DNA of 64,000 nucleotides, taken from the NCBI RefSeq assembly GCF_902652985.1, contig NC_047016.1, forward strand, positions 2,480,001 through 2,544,000, given 5' to 3'. This document shows positions 51,639-63,050 of the stretch, in pieces. The notes below the pieces were generated by a model that was not told where the DNA came from, did not search any database, and worked only from the letters and a program-made list of their open reading frames with translations. How positions within the stretch are numbered: the first letter of the stretch is position 1; the number at the start of each line of letters is the position of its first letter. Source of the DNA: Pecten maximus (Eukaryota). Both the position numbers and the translations under genes were made by a program.

Positions 51639-52495
51639 GTAAACTGGTGATAGTCGACACGAACAGCACCACGCCACAGGACATCACCGCGGTGAAGGCA
51701 GGGGGAGACAATATTGTCGTCACCGTGGAAACCGGGCCGAACGCCACACCCTCACCACCGGCTCAGACAAGAACGACCGACTGGAATTGGATAGTCACTC
51801 CAGCTCCCAAAGCAACGCCCTCACCACCACCACCACAAACCGGAACCACCGACTGGAATTGGATTGTCACGCCGACTCCCAAAACCACGCCCTCGCCAGC
51901 GGCACAAACCAGACCGACTGATTGGAATTGGATTGTCACCCCGACCCCCAAAACCACGCCCTCGCCGGCGGCACAAACCGGACCGACTGATTGGAATTTG
52001 ATTGTCAACCCGACCCCCAAAACCACGCCCTCGCCGCCGACACAGACAAGATCGTCTGACTGGAACTGGATAGTCACACCTACTCCAAGAGCCCCTGTTC
52101 ACTACACTCCGGCACCATACGTCCAATACGCGGCAACAACTGCCCCGAATCCTTTCTTATATGGATATACAAACACAATGGGTTATTTCGGAAATACTCC
52201 GGGCTACTTTGGAACACCTTCGTATTGGGAAATCGCATATCAACAACCACAGCAAACAACGGCAGACCCAGGTATCAAATACGGACAATGTCCCGCCCCG
52301 AACGTAGTTGGCGCGAAATGTGGTCACCGGTGTTACCGGGACACGGAATGTCCCCAGGACTGGAAATGTTGTAACGACGGATCAGGCAGGCAAGATGGCT
52401 GCTGTCACGCTCGTAGACCAACGGAAGTAGAAAGCTTTATGACGTCTCTGTGGGACATGCCTCCATCACAAGAAATACAGAATGAAATGCCGTGA
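51639..52495 (+). CDS. Exon 3 of the secreted protein: five DWNWIVTP/Pro-Thr repeats, a Tyr/Gly-rich linker and a variant WAP (four-disulfide core) domain; 344 aa in total
   Basis: catgtAG|GT in phase 1; KYGQCP..CGHRCYRDTECPQDWKCC..GCC; AATAAA at 52883. Confidence 0.9.
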
Positions 52496-52909
52496 ATATT
52501 GAATTGATTTTCATGTTCCCTACGTCACATCTGCCTAAAATAACCATACGACGTCATTTATTTATGATAAGGTCTATATAGATCTAACAGCCAAGTGGAA
52601 AGTTGACATTTGATTTTAAAAATACTTGAAGTTCATAATAGTGTAAAGCAGCTAGTTGAATTTCTATCAATCAAGCTATCAATCAATCAATCCAATTCAA
52701 CCAATAAGTACACTGTGAAAACCAAGGTTGTACGATTGAAGAGTCCCTTTCTACAGTACACGAGACTATATATATCGACTCTCGCGCCGTCTACCGTTGT
52801 TTATACTAACCAACAGACAACGGAAGAGTGTTTCACGTGGCGCGGTCTATGTTTTCAGATATGTGGTGTTAAGTTATACTCTAATAAACATGTACTATAA
52901 ATGCTTTCT

Positions 52910-55225
52910 TGATAATTGTTAATTACCTGGTGTGATGGGGTTGATGATAATTGTCAGTTACCTGGTGTGGTGGGGTTGATGATACTCGTTAATTACCTGG
53001 TTTGATGGGGTTGATGATACTCGTTAATTACCTGGTGTGATGGGGTTGATGATAATTGTCAGTTACCTGGTGTGATGGGGTTGATGATAATTGTTAATTA
53101 CCTGGTGTGACGGGGTTGATGATAATTGTTAATTACCTGGTGTGACGGGGTTGATGATAATTGTTAATTACCTGGTGTGATGGGGTTGATGATAATTGTT
53201 AATTACCTGGTGTGACGGGGTTGATGATAATTGTTAATTACCTGGTGTGATGGGGTTGATGATAATTGTCAGTTACCTGGTGTGATGGGGTTGATGATAA
53301 TTGTCAGTTACCTGGTGTGATGGGGTTGATGATAATTGTCAGTTACCTGGTGTGATGGGGTTGATGATAATTGTCAGTTACCTGGTGTGATGGGGTTGAT
53401 GATAATTGTCAGTTACCTGGTGTGATGGGGTTGATGATAATTGTCAGTTACCTGGTGTGATGGGGTTGATGATAATTGTCAGTTACCTGGTGTGATGGGG
53501 TTGATGATAATTGTTAATTACCTGGTGTGATGGGGTTGATGATAATCGTTAATTACCTGGTGTGACGGGGTTGATGATAATCGTTAATTACCTGGTGTGA
53601 TGGGGTTGATGATAATTGTCAGTTACCTGGTGTGATGGGGTTGATGATAATTGTCAGTTACCTGGTGTGATGGGGTTGATGATACTCGTTAATTACCTGG
53701 TGTGATGGGGTTGATGATAATTGTTAATTACCTGGTGTGATGGGGTTGATGATAATTGTCAGTTACCTGGTGTGATGGGGTTGATGATAATTGTTAATTA
53801 CCTGGTGTGACGGGGTTGATGATAATTGTTAATTACCTGGTGTGACGGGGTTGATGATAATTGTTAATTACCTGGTGTGATGGGGTTGATGATAATTGTT
53901 AATTACCTGGTGTGACGGGGTTGATGATAATTGTTAATTACCTGGTGTGATGGGGTTGATGATAATTGTCAGTTACCTGGTGTGATGGGGTTGATGATAA
54001 TTGTCAGTTACCTGGTGTGATGGGGTTGATGATAATTGTCAGTTACCTGGTGTGATGGGGTTGATGATAATCGTCAGTTACCTGGTGTGACGGGGTTGAT
54101 GATAATTGTCAGTTACCTGGTGTGATGGGGTTGATGATACTCGTTAATTACCTGGTGTGACGGGGTTGATGATACTCGTTAATTACCTGGTGTGATGGGG
54201 TTGATGATAATTGTCAGTTACCTGGTGTGATGGGGTTGATGATAATCGTTAATTACCTGGTGTGACGGGGTTGATGATACTCGTTAATTACCTGGTGTGA
54301 CGGGGTTGATGATAATCGTTAATTACCTGGTGTGATGGGGTTGATGATAATTGTCAGTTACCTGGTGTGATGGGGTTGATGATAATTGTCAGCTACCTGG
54401 TGTGATGGGGTTGATGATAATCGTTAATTACCTGGTGTGATGGGGTTGATGATAATCGTTAATTACCTGGTGTGATGGGGTTGATGATAATTGTCAGTTA
54501 CCTGGTGTGATGGGGTTGATGATAATTGTCAGTTACCTGGTGTGATGGGGTTGATGATAATTGTCAGTTACCTGGTGTGATGGGGTTGATGATAATCGTT
54601 AATTACCTGGTGTGATGGGGTTGATGATAATCGTTAATTACCTGGTGTGATGGGGTTGATGATAATTGTCAGTTACCTAGTGTGACGGGGTTGATGATAA
54701 TTGTCAGTTACCTGGTGTGATGGGGTTGATGATAATCGTCAGTTACCTGGTGTGATGGGGTTGATGATAATTGTCAGTTACCTGGTGTGATGGGGTTGAT
54801 GATAATTGTCAGTTACCTGGTGTGATGGGGTTGATGATAATTGTCAGTTACCTGGTGTGATGGGGTTGATGATAATTGTCAGTTACCTGGTGTGATGGGG
54901 TTGATGATACTCGTTAATTACCTGGTGTGATGGGGTTGATGATACTCGTTAATTACCTGGTGTGATGGGGTTGATGATAATTGTCAGTTACCTGGTGTGA
55001 TGGGGTTGATGATAATTGTCAGTTACCTGGTGTGATGGGGTTGATGATAATTGTCAGTTACCTGGTGTGATGGGGTTGATGATACTCGTTAATTACCTGG
55101 TGTGATGGGGTTGATGATAATTGTCAGTTACCTGGTGTGATGGGGTTGATGATAATCGTTAATTACCTGGTGTGATGGGGTTGATGATAATTGTCAGTTA
55201 CCTGCTGTGATGGGGTTGGTGATAA
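52910..55225. repeat. 35 bp minisatellite, ~66 copies, starting just after the poly(A) signal
   Basis: Unit GATAATTGTCAGTTACCTGGTGTGATGGGGTTGAT. Confidence 0.97.
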
Positions 55226-55894
55226 ATGTTCGTTACCGATACAACACTGGTATGATGGGACCTCTCTGTCTATAAGTATACATGTATAACTGTATGGTGA
55301 GTAGTCGGGCAGCTATTACGTTCGAATCACAGTTGTCACCAAAACGTCAGTATAACTGACATGTTTAGTGCAGATTGATGCAACAAGCAGGCAGGTACAC
55401 GTAAAGTTTCACTTGTATAGACACAGGACAACACTCCAGGCCAAATGTGTCTCAAAGGAAACAATGGTTCGCCTCAAGGGCCCAACACATACATGCACTT
55501 AATATTATATGTGAATCTTCTAAATAAAACAAACTATTTTGATTGTGGTTTGGTGACTTAATACTGGTAGTTTTTCCATTATGCTTCATTTGTTTCATGT
55601 CATTGCGCCCGAGACTTGCAGGAAACAATGAAAATATAAAAGTAAACTAATGAATTAAGCAGAGAAAACAAAAACGTTTTATTTAAGAAAAACAAGTAAA
55701 CAGTGTAAATAAATTGGTTACATTTGTATATGAAACTTTCTTAAAGTAAGTAAATGTCAAAAATAAATCATATCTACTAACAATGACACTAATATCTGGC
55801 TGGACGGATAAATGATCATGGGGAATAGGATGTGATTATCACATCAGACTTTATGTATCAGGTATTAACCGTCATACAGCAAAGGAGGGAAATA

Positions 55895-56280
55895 GAACCT
55901 CACGTGATTGCCGTCATAGACTGTAAAGGCGGGGAACATCACGTGGTTGCCGCCACAGACGGTAAAGGCGGCGAACCTCACGTGATTGCCGTCATAGACT
56001 GTAAAGGCGGGGAACATCACGTGGTTGCCGCCACAGACGGTAAAGGCGGCGAACCTCACGAGGTTGCCGCCATAGATGGTAAAGGCGGGGAACATCACGT
56101 GATTCCCGCCTTAGACGGTAGAGGTGAGGAACCTCACGTGATTCCCGCCATAGACGGTTAAGGCGGAATACTTCACGTGATTCCCGCCATGGACGGTAGA
56201 GGTGAGGAACCTCACGTGATTCCCGCCATAGACGGTAGAGGTGAGGAAATCTCACGTGATTACTACCGCATAGACGGTAA
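55895..56280. repeat. 39 bp minisatellite, ~10 copies
   Basis: Unit GAACCTCACGTGATTCCCGCCATAGACGGTAAAGGCGGC. Confidence 0.9.
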
Positions 56281-57547
56281 TTATGGAGGGAATTAATAAT
56301 CAAAACAGCAAGTAAAAAGCACAGATCCACGTTAATCCAAATGGACACAACTCTTAATAACATTTAACGTTAAATACCTACTTTCTTTTAAATGTAATTA
56401 ATAACAATACAATTACATGTATATTTCAATTAAACATTAATATATTTTGTTATTAATAAATAATTATCAGTTTTCAACATATTAGGACTTTCTTTCTTAT
56501 ACATATAGAAACGGTCTACACCATGTCCATCGATTTGATAGAAAACAAGCAAGCAACACATAGGATTATTAACATCACAACACTTGAAGTAAGAGAGGTA
56601 TGTATTACAATACTGTATATATAAATAGATATAACTCTGTAAGCACAATATCAATATCAAAGAATGCGTAAATATGTAGGGGAATGAGAAAACATAGTCA
56701 CACCTTTATCCATACCGAGTGGAATGAGTCAACACGATATGGTGGTCATAGACATAATTTGTCGTCGACATCATCCCATTTAGTACCTTCTCTCTATAAC
56801 GGACATACATACTACTACTACGGACGCATCAGTCACGTAAGGGAGACAACCCTTCATAACCTCCTGGACACCAGATTGACAAAGGAGGTAATGCCTTGTA
56901 ACTATGTATTCTGGGGCAGATTTTGTTTCAGGAACATGAATATCAAACTATAGTAAACATTAATATATTATACATGATAATCGTTGGCCTTGACATAAGA
57001 GATATTTTGACAATATTTTTAGTAAATGATATGGTAACAAAAATAGGTACAGTGGTCTGTACCTTACTGACAGGTGTTAATACTGGGCACTAGAAATACA
57101 CAAAATATTCAGATTGAGCAAATAGTTTTGAGGAAGACACTCCTCTCTAAGCAGCCATCCTGTTTACAGTATAGTGTAGCAGGTCTGACAGAAAGCTGAC
57201 AGGATATTGTATAAAGTCCATGACTTAGACAAGATTCTATGTCCTTGACTCTTTTGAGATGTCCTAGCATTCACCTATTTGGTGTCCGCAACTTAACCCG
57301 TTGATCTTCCAGACATTCCACACAGATGTCATTTGGTCTGTGTATAAGGCACTGTGTCAACTGCCAATATTGATGAGCGAGCATGTTAGTAGACAAGTCT
57401 ACAGGTAATATACTGCTTGTATACTTCTGTTTAAAATACATATGGAAAACTTTCTGTTTTTGTAATTGTATTGAATACCTGCCTGGTATTTAATTTATCT
57501 ATTTATGCACCAAAATACCAGTGAACTATCAAGACTGGATTTTTGAA

Positions 57548-57681
57548 CTAGGCTGCAGCAATCTGCTCTCTGCCACTGTTCACGGTGGCCAGATTGGTCA
57601 GGTGATCATGGTAACCAGGGGTAACAATGTCAGAATTCTTTATACACTGTGACAGGGAACCACTGTAATCCAACTTCTCTT
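57548..57681 (-). CDS. Last exon of the GGCT-fold gene (EKLDYSGSLSQCIKNSDIVTPGYHDHLTNLATVNSGREQIAAA*)
   Basis: tttttttcAG acceptor, phase 1 matching the previous exon, TAG stop at 57548-57550. Confidence 0.85.
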
Positions 57682-57992
57682 CTGAAAAAAACAAACAACG
57701 ATCAATCAATCAATCAATCAGAAAAAGGTGAAGGTAGGTACATTTGTAAGCTGTACAATATAAAACAGAAGACCAATGGCCTTGTCAGTCGTTAGTAACT
57801 TGATTATAATGACAATATACAGCTCTCTAATATTTGGCCAAATGTTATACTGTATAGCAGCTAGATTTTACAGGCACAGCTTTCCCAGTAAAGCTAATAT
57901 AACATGTAGAAATTGGTGTATTTGACAAGTTATGATTACAACATGTGTGACTTAATTAACTTTTGGAGAATGTATTTGTATTTCTAACCCTC

Positions 57993-58610
57993 TCTAAGGC
58001 TATGTGTTATGCTGAGAGGGCATAGCTAAGGCTATGTGTGAGGATGTGAGGGCATCTCTAAGGCTCTGTGTGAGGATGTGAGGGCATCTCTAAGGCTATG
58101 TGTGAGGATGTGAGGGCATAGCTAAGGCTCTGTGTGAGGATGTGATGGCATCTCTAAGGCTCTGTGTGAGGATGTGAGGGCATAGCTAAGGCTCTGTGTG
58201 AGGATGTGATGGCATCGCTAAGGCTCTGTGTGATGATGTGAGGGCATCAGTAAGGCTCTGTGTGATGATGTGAGGGCATCGCTAAGGCTCTGTGTGATGA
58301 TGTGAGGGCATCAGTAAGGCTCTGTGTGATGATGCGAAGGCATCTCTTTAAGGCTCTGTGTGAGGATGTGAGGGCATGGCTAAGGCTCTGTGTGATGATG
58401 TGAGGGCATCGCTAAGGCTCTGTGTGATGATGTGAGGGCATCAGTAAGGCTCTGTGTGATGATGCGAGGGCATCTCTTTAAGGCTCTGTGTGAGGATGTG
58501 AGGGCATCAGTAAGGCTCTGTGTGATGATGTGAGGGCATCGCTAAGGCTCTGTGTGATGATGTGAGGGCATCTCTTAGGCTATGTGTGATGATTTGAGGG
58601 CATTGCTAAG
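57993..58610. repeat. 32 bp minisatellite in a GGCT-like intron
   Basis: Unit TAAGGCTCTGTGTGAGGATGTGAGGGCATCGC. Confidence 0.93.
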
Positions 58611-58668
58611 AGTATGGATGAGGGTATGTGTGTGTGTGAGGATGTATAAATGGATATGTGTGATATAC

Positions 58669-58795
58669 CTGTCTCTATCCACCTGTCCTGGGCAATGAAG
58701 GTGAGTGCAGGTACACAATACTGAGCCACACCATACTCGTTAGGGTCTTCGTGGGAGTTCATCAGCCAGAGAGGGGTCACAAGGTGTTCATAATG
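58669..58795 (-). CDS. GGCT-fold gene exon (HYEHLVTPLWLMNSHEDPNEYGVAQYCVPALTFIAQDRWIET); phase 0-1
   Basis: tttttgtAG|CAT...ACAG|GTATAT; in frame with both neighbouring exons. Confidence 0.85.
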
Positions 58796-58879
58796 CTACA
58801 AAAATAAAACAGTTCAACAGATCAAAGCTGTGATATTTAATTTATGAGAGTACAATACAGAATATCTTCATTTGTTCAT

Positions 58880-59335
58880 ATTTACCTGTATGCAGAATTT
58901 ACCTTTACATAGTTTACCTGTATGTATAGCTTACCTGTATGTAGAATTGATCTTTATATAGAGGTTACTCGTGTATTTAGTTTACCTGTATGTATAGCTT
59001 ACCTGTATGTAGAATTGACCTATATATAGAGGTTACTTGAATGTTTAGGTTGCCTGTATGTAGAATTGATCTTTATATAGAGGTTACTCGTGTATTTAGT
59101 TTACCTGTATGTATAACTTACCTGTATGTAGAATTGACCTTTATATAGAGGTTACTTGTGTATTTAGTTTACCTGTATGTAGAATTGACCTTTATATAGA
59201 GGTTACTTGTGTATTTAGTTTATCTGTATGTAGAATTGACCTTTATATAGAGGTTACTTGTGTATTCAGTTTACCTGTATGTAGAATTGACCTTCATATA
59301 GAGGTTACTTGTGTATTTAGTTTACCTGTATGTAT
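58880..59335. repeat. ~51 bp minisatellite in a GGCT-like intron
   Basis: Unit AGTTTACCTGTATGTAGAATTGACCTTTATATAGAGGTTACTTGTGTATTT. Confidence 0.9.
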
Positions 59336-59354
59336 ATTGTGCCTCTCTAGTTAC

Positions 59355-59482
59355 CTGAGGATAGCCAACATGCTTGTCCAGTAGAAGCAGTTCCTGTTGT
59401 GTAATTGGGTAGACACACCCTTCCACAGAGGAGTAGGGATTAAACTCTATGTTGGCAAAACCTCCTGCCTCTAGGTCAGCAC
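59355..59482 (-). CDS. Gamma-glutamylcyclotransferase (GGCT/AIG2-like fold) exon: GADLEAGGFANIEFNPYSSVEGCVYPITQQELLLLDKHVGYPQ
   Basis: ttacAG|GT...CAG|GTAACT. The G-ANI, VEG-VY and LD--xGYP--Y motifs match the GGCT family pattern. Confidence 0.85.
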
Positions 59483-59614
59483 CTGTAAGTACCAGCACAC
59501 CAACATTAGGTCAGATTAATACTCGGTCAAGGTCGGATTAATACTGGGTTAAGGTCAGATAAGTACTGGGTTAAAGTCAGATAAATACTAGGTCACCGTC
59601 TGGGAAAGACTTCC

Positions 59615-59830
59615 TTTTACACAGAGTATTTGATTCTACCATATCTTGGAGTTTAGAAGATTTTTAAAATTTTAGTCAATTTGACCCTTTTTGGCGCCGC
59701 CCCTCAGGCCCCTGAGAGGTTGCGACCATATAATTTACACTTTTGGTTGACCTTTGGCCATGAAAGCTTCCTACCAAATTTCATTAAATTTGGTCTAGCG
59801 GTTTTGTTTACGATGGACAGACGGACAGAT
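59615..59830 (+). mobile_element. Truncated HINE-like repeat fragment
   Basis: AATTTGACCC...CCTACCAAATTTCATTAAATT core followed by a GGACAGACGGACAGA microsatellite remnant. Confidence 0.55.
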
Positions 59831-59840
59831 ATTAGATACT

Positions 59841-61700
59841 GAAGAAAATAGCATACAATTTTGCGAGGACTTGAAATTGTTGCCATTATCTGGTACATTT
59901 CCTACTTGTAAATGTGAAGTTGACAAACTGTACACTATAAATCGACATGGTCAGAGGAGGAAACAGTGGAGGTTTCAGTGCAACAAATCTAACTGTAAAA
60001 AGAAAAACCCAAAATCATGTACTGTTGAGAAAAAATATGTGGTTTGATGGTGGACACCTTTCTCTCTGAGTATTTTATTAATATACTGTTTTGTAAATAT
60101 GTTTAGTTATGATATCACTATACAGGAAACATCTATTTCTCCCATACTTCACAGGGTTATCCCGCGGTGGCTAGGGAAAAGATAAATCGATCTTACACAG
60201 GGTTATCCCGCGGTTACTAGGGAAAAGATAAATCCATCTTACACAGGGTTATCCTGCGGTTACTAGGGAAAAGATAAATCCATCTTACACAGGGTTAGCC
60301 CGCGGTTACTAGGGAAAAGATAAATCCATCTTACACAGGGTTATCCCGCGGATACTAGGGAAAAGATAAATCGATCTTACACAGGGTTATCCCGCGGTTG
60401 CTAGGGAAAAGATAAATCGATCTTACACAGGGTTATCCGGCGGTTGTTAGGGAAAAGATAAATCTATCTTACACAGGGTTATCCGACGGTTGTTAGGGAA
60501 AAGATAAATCGATCTTACACAGGGTTATCCGGCGGTTGTTAGGGAAAAGATAAATCTATCTTACACAGGGTTATCCGACGGTTGTTAGGGAAAAGATAAA
60601 TCGATCTTACACAGGGTTATCCGACGGTTGTTAGGGAAAAGATAAATCGATCTTACACAGGGTTATCCGGCGGTTGTTAGGGAAAAGATAAATCTATCTT
60701 ACACAGGGTTATCCGACGGTTGTTAGGGAAAAGATAAATCGATCTTACACAGGGTTATCCGACGGTTGTTAGGGAAAAGATAAATCGATCTTACACAGGG
60801 TTATCCGACGGTTGTTAGGGAAAAGATAAATCGATCTTACACAGGCTGGATAAAGACAGCTGGCACACGCTGTATGACGCTGCTCACAATAACATAACGT
60901 CATCATTTTACGTTGAGTAACCAAGTCGTAAATGATGACGTCATCAATTTTGACGCACATTCCATGGAGCATTGAAGATGGTGCAATGAAAACTTTCATA
61001 AAAACTTACGTTTGGTTGCAAGTATGTGAGAAAAATAATCAATCACGGGTCTGTTCCGTGAACAAGGATATCTCAACCCTCGTGTAAGAGTTTGGCTGGC
61101 CAGCACTCGGCAAGCCTTGTGCTGACTGGCCAAACTCTTACACTCGGGTTGAGATATCCCTGTCCACGGAACAGACCCATGATAGATTCTATTATTCATC
61201 TGCATCAGAAGTAGACACAGATGTGGAAGTACAGACGGCAGTTAAAAAACATAAGTTTGAGACTTCCTCAGAAACTCTGATTACTATAATTACTGCCATT
61301 ATATATGTTACGAAAAAGGTAAAAAGCAGCAGCCAGAAAAAAAGATTGGAGGATCAGGCACAATTGTTGAAATTGATGAGGCAAAATTTGGAAAGCGTAA
61401 ATACAATCGTGGCCGTATAGTGGAAGGGACCTGGGTTTTAGGTGGAATCTGCAGAGACACAAGAAACGGGACCTCCTACACTGACCTGTCAATGCTTGGT
61501 TATACTCGACCTCCTACACTGACCTGTCAATGCTTGGTTATACTCGACCTCCTACACTGACCTGTCAATGCTCGGTTATACTCATATCAAAGAAAAGAAA
61601 CACTTAGTCAAATACATGTGGAGGTGCATGAGATACTGATCCAATTTGTTTGAAACTTTCCTAATGGATGCCTCAAAATACACATACAACACATAAAAGC
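59841..61700 (+). mobile_element. Decayed Merlin/IS1595 (ISXO2-like) DDE transposase, copy 1, intronic and interrupted by an insertion
   Basis: N-terminal Cys motifs (TCKC...FQCNKSNC..WFDG) and IGGSGTIVEIDEAKFGKRKYNRGRIVEGTWVLGGICRDT at ~61345-61462. Confidence 0.85.
60133..61193. mobile_element. Non-autonomous element with a ~150 bp terminal hairpin and an internal 46 bp minisatellite, nested in Merlin
   Basis: CTATT direct repeats at both ends, an inverted pair TATTTCTCCCATAC / GTATGTGAGAAAAATA, a 46 bp array at 60150-60845 and a palindrome at 61037-61188 centred on GGCAAGCC. Confidence 0.65.
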
Positions 61701-61829
61701 AAGGTAAATATATTACCCTTAATGTGTATGCAACCTAATTTCAGTTTGAGTTGGGGGTGCAAAAGGAAGTCTTACCTACAGGGTACAGTCATATTTATCA
61801 GACAACTTTTTAGTTATAATATAGTTCAC

Positions 61830-61909
61830 CTTTCTTATTGAACACCAGCTGGAATCCAAATAAAAGACCCCAGTAACGTTGTGGCTCTCTCTTTATGTAG
61901 GTGGTCAGT
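61830..61909 (-). CDS. GGCT-fold gene exon (RLTTYIKREPQRYWGLLFGFQLVFNKK); phase 2-1; upstream exons lie outside the window
   Basis: gtgttacAG|A...AAAG|GTGAAC. The L-G(F/Y)-L-FN motif is typical of GGCT, and the exon joins 59355-59482 in frame. Confidence 0.8.
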
Positions 61910-61963
61910 CTGTAACACAGAAGGGTCAACAATCATACACTTGAGGCAACAAGGTCACACATG

Positions 61964-62215
61964 ACTGATAGCCAAATAAGGACTTATAGTGAGATCAAAT
62001 CTGATAGCCAAATAAGGTCTTATAGTGAGATCAAATCTGATAGCCAAATAAGGACTTATAGTGAGATCAAATCTGATAGCCAAATAAGGTCTTATAGTGA
62101 GGTCAAATCTGATAGCCAAATAAGGACATGAGATCAAATCTGATAGCCAAATAAGGACTAATAGTGAGATCAAATCTGATAGCCTAATAAGGACTTATAG
62201 TGAGATCAAATCTGA
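61964..62215. repeat. 36 bp minisatellite, ~7 copies
   Basis: Unit CTGATAGCCAAATAAGGACTTATAGTGAGATCAAAT. Confidence 0.9.
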
Positions 62216-63050
62216 AGATAAAAAAAGACTTGTAAATATAATAAGGTCAAGACTGAGGGTGAGGGCAAAATAAGATTTTAAATTTGGCAATTTAAGGGTG
62301 GGCCCCCCAAAAATTTTTGTTTTCAAAAAAGGGGGGGGGGGGAAAAAAAGGTTTAAATATAAAAGGGCAAGTGGGTAAAAAAAAGGGGTAAAACGAAGAA
62401 AATTTTTTGCCCTAAAAAAAAAGAATTTGGGTTTTTTTGGATTTACAAACAAAAAAAGGGGCAAAGGAAAAGGGGGGGAAAAGGGTTTTCCAAAACAAAG
62501 GGAAAAAAAAAAAATGAATGTGAAAATAAGTGGTTAGGGGGGTTTTTTTTTAATTTGTTTTATGTATTGATAATACGGACCCGGGGGGGAAAGAGTTGCT
62601 AAAATTCAGGGGGGTCTGATTGAATTTCCGGGGGGGTTTTGTAGAAGTTTTGTTTATTTTTCAAAATAGAAAATTTTTTAGTTCGGGGTTAAAATTTTTT
62701 GAATTCCCGGGGTTATATAAAACTTATTCCCTTTTTTTTTTAAATAAAAGAGCATTGGGACGAGATGGATTAGGGGGTTTAAGGTTAAAAAACTGTTTAG
62801 GGGGGGAATGTTTTAGGGGTTTTTAAAAGGGGGGGGTTTTTTTAATAAGTGTTTTAATGAAGAAAATTGGGGGGTATATTGATAAATTTTTTGGGGGTTT
62901 TTTTAATTATGGTTAATTAATTTAAAAAATATTCGGGGGGGTTGGAAAATTTTTTGAGTTGGGGGTTCAGAGATGTTAAGTTTGGGGGGGGTTAATAAAA
63001 TTAGTTCAGGGGGGCCGTGATAAAATAGGGGGGTTTGTGTTGCTATATTG
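62216..63050. other. Homopolymer-rich, C-poor segment; probable uncorrected low-quality read sequence
   Basis: Abrupt switch to long G/T/A runs unlike the rest of the window, lying exactly between two copies of the same sequence. Confidence 0.75.

Noticed and set aside
62195-62826. Phe/Lys/Gly-rich ORFs or G-quadruplex island
   Set aside because: It lies in probable low-quality sequence.
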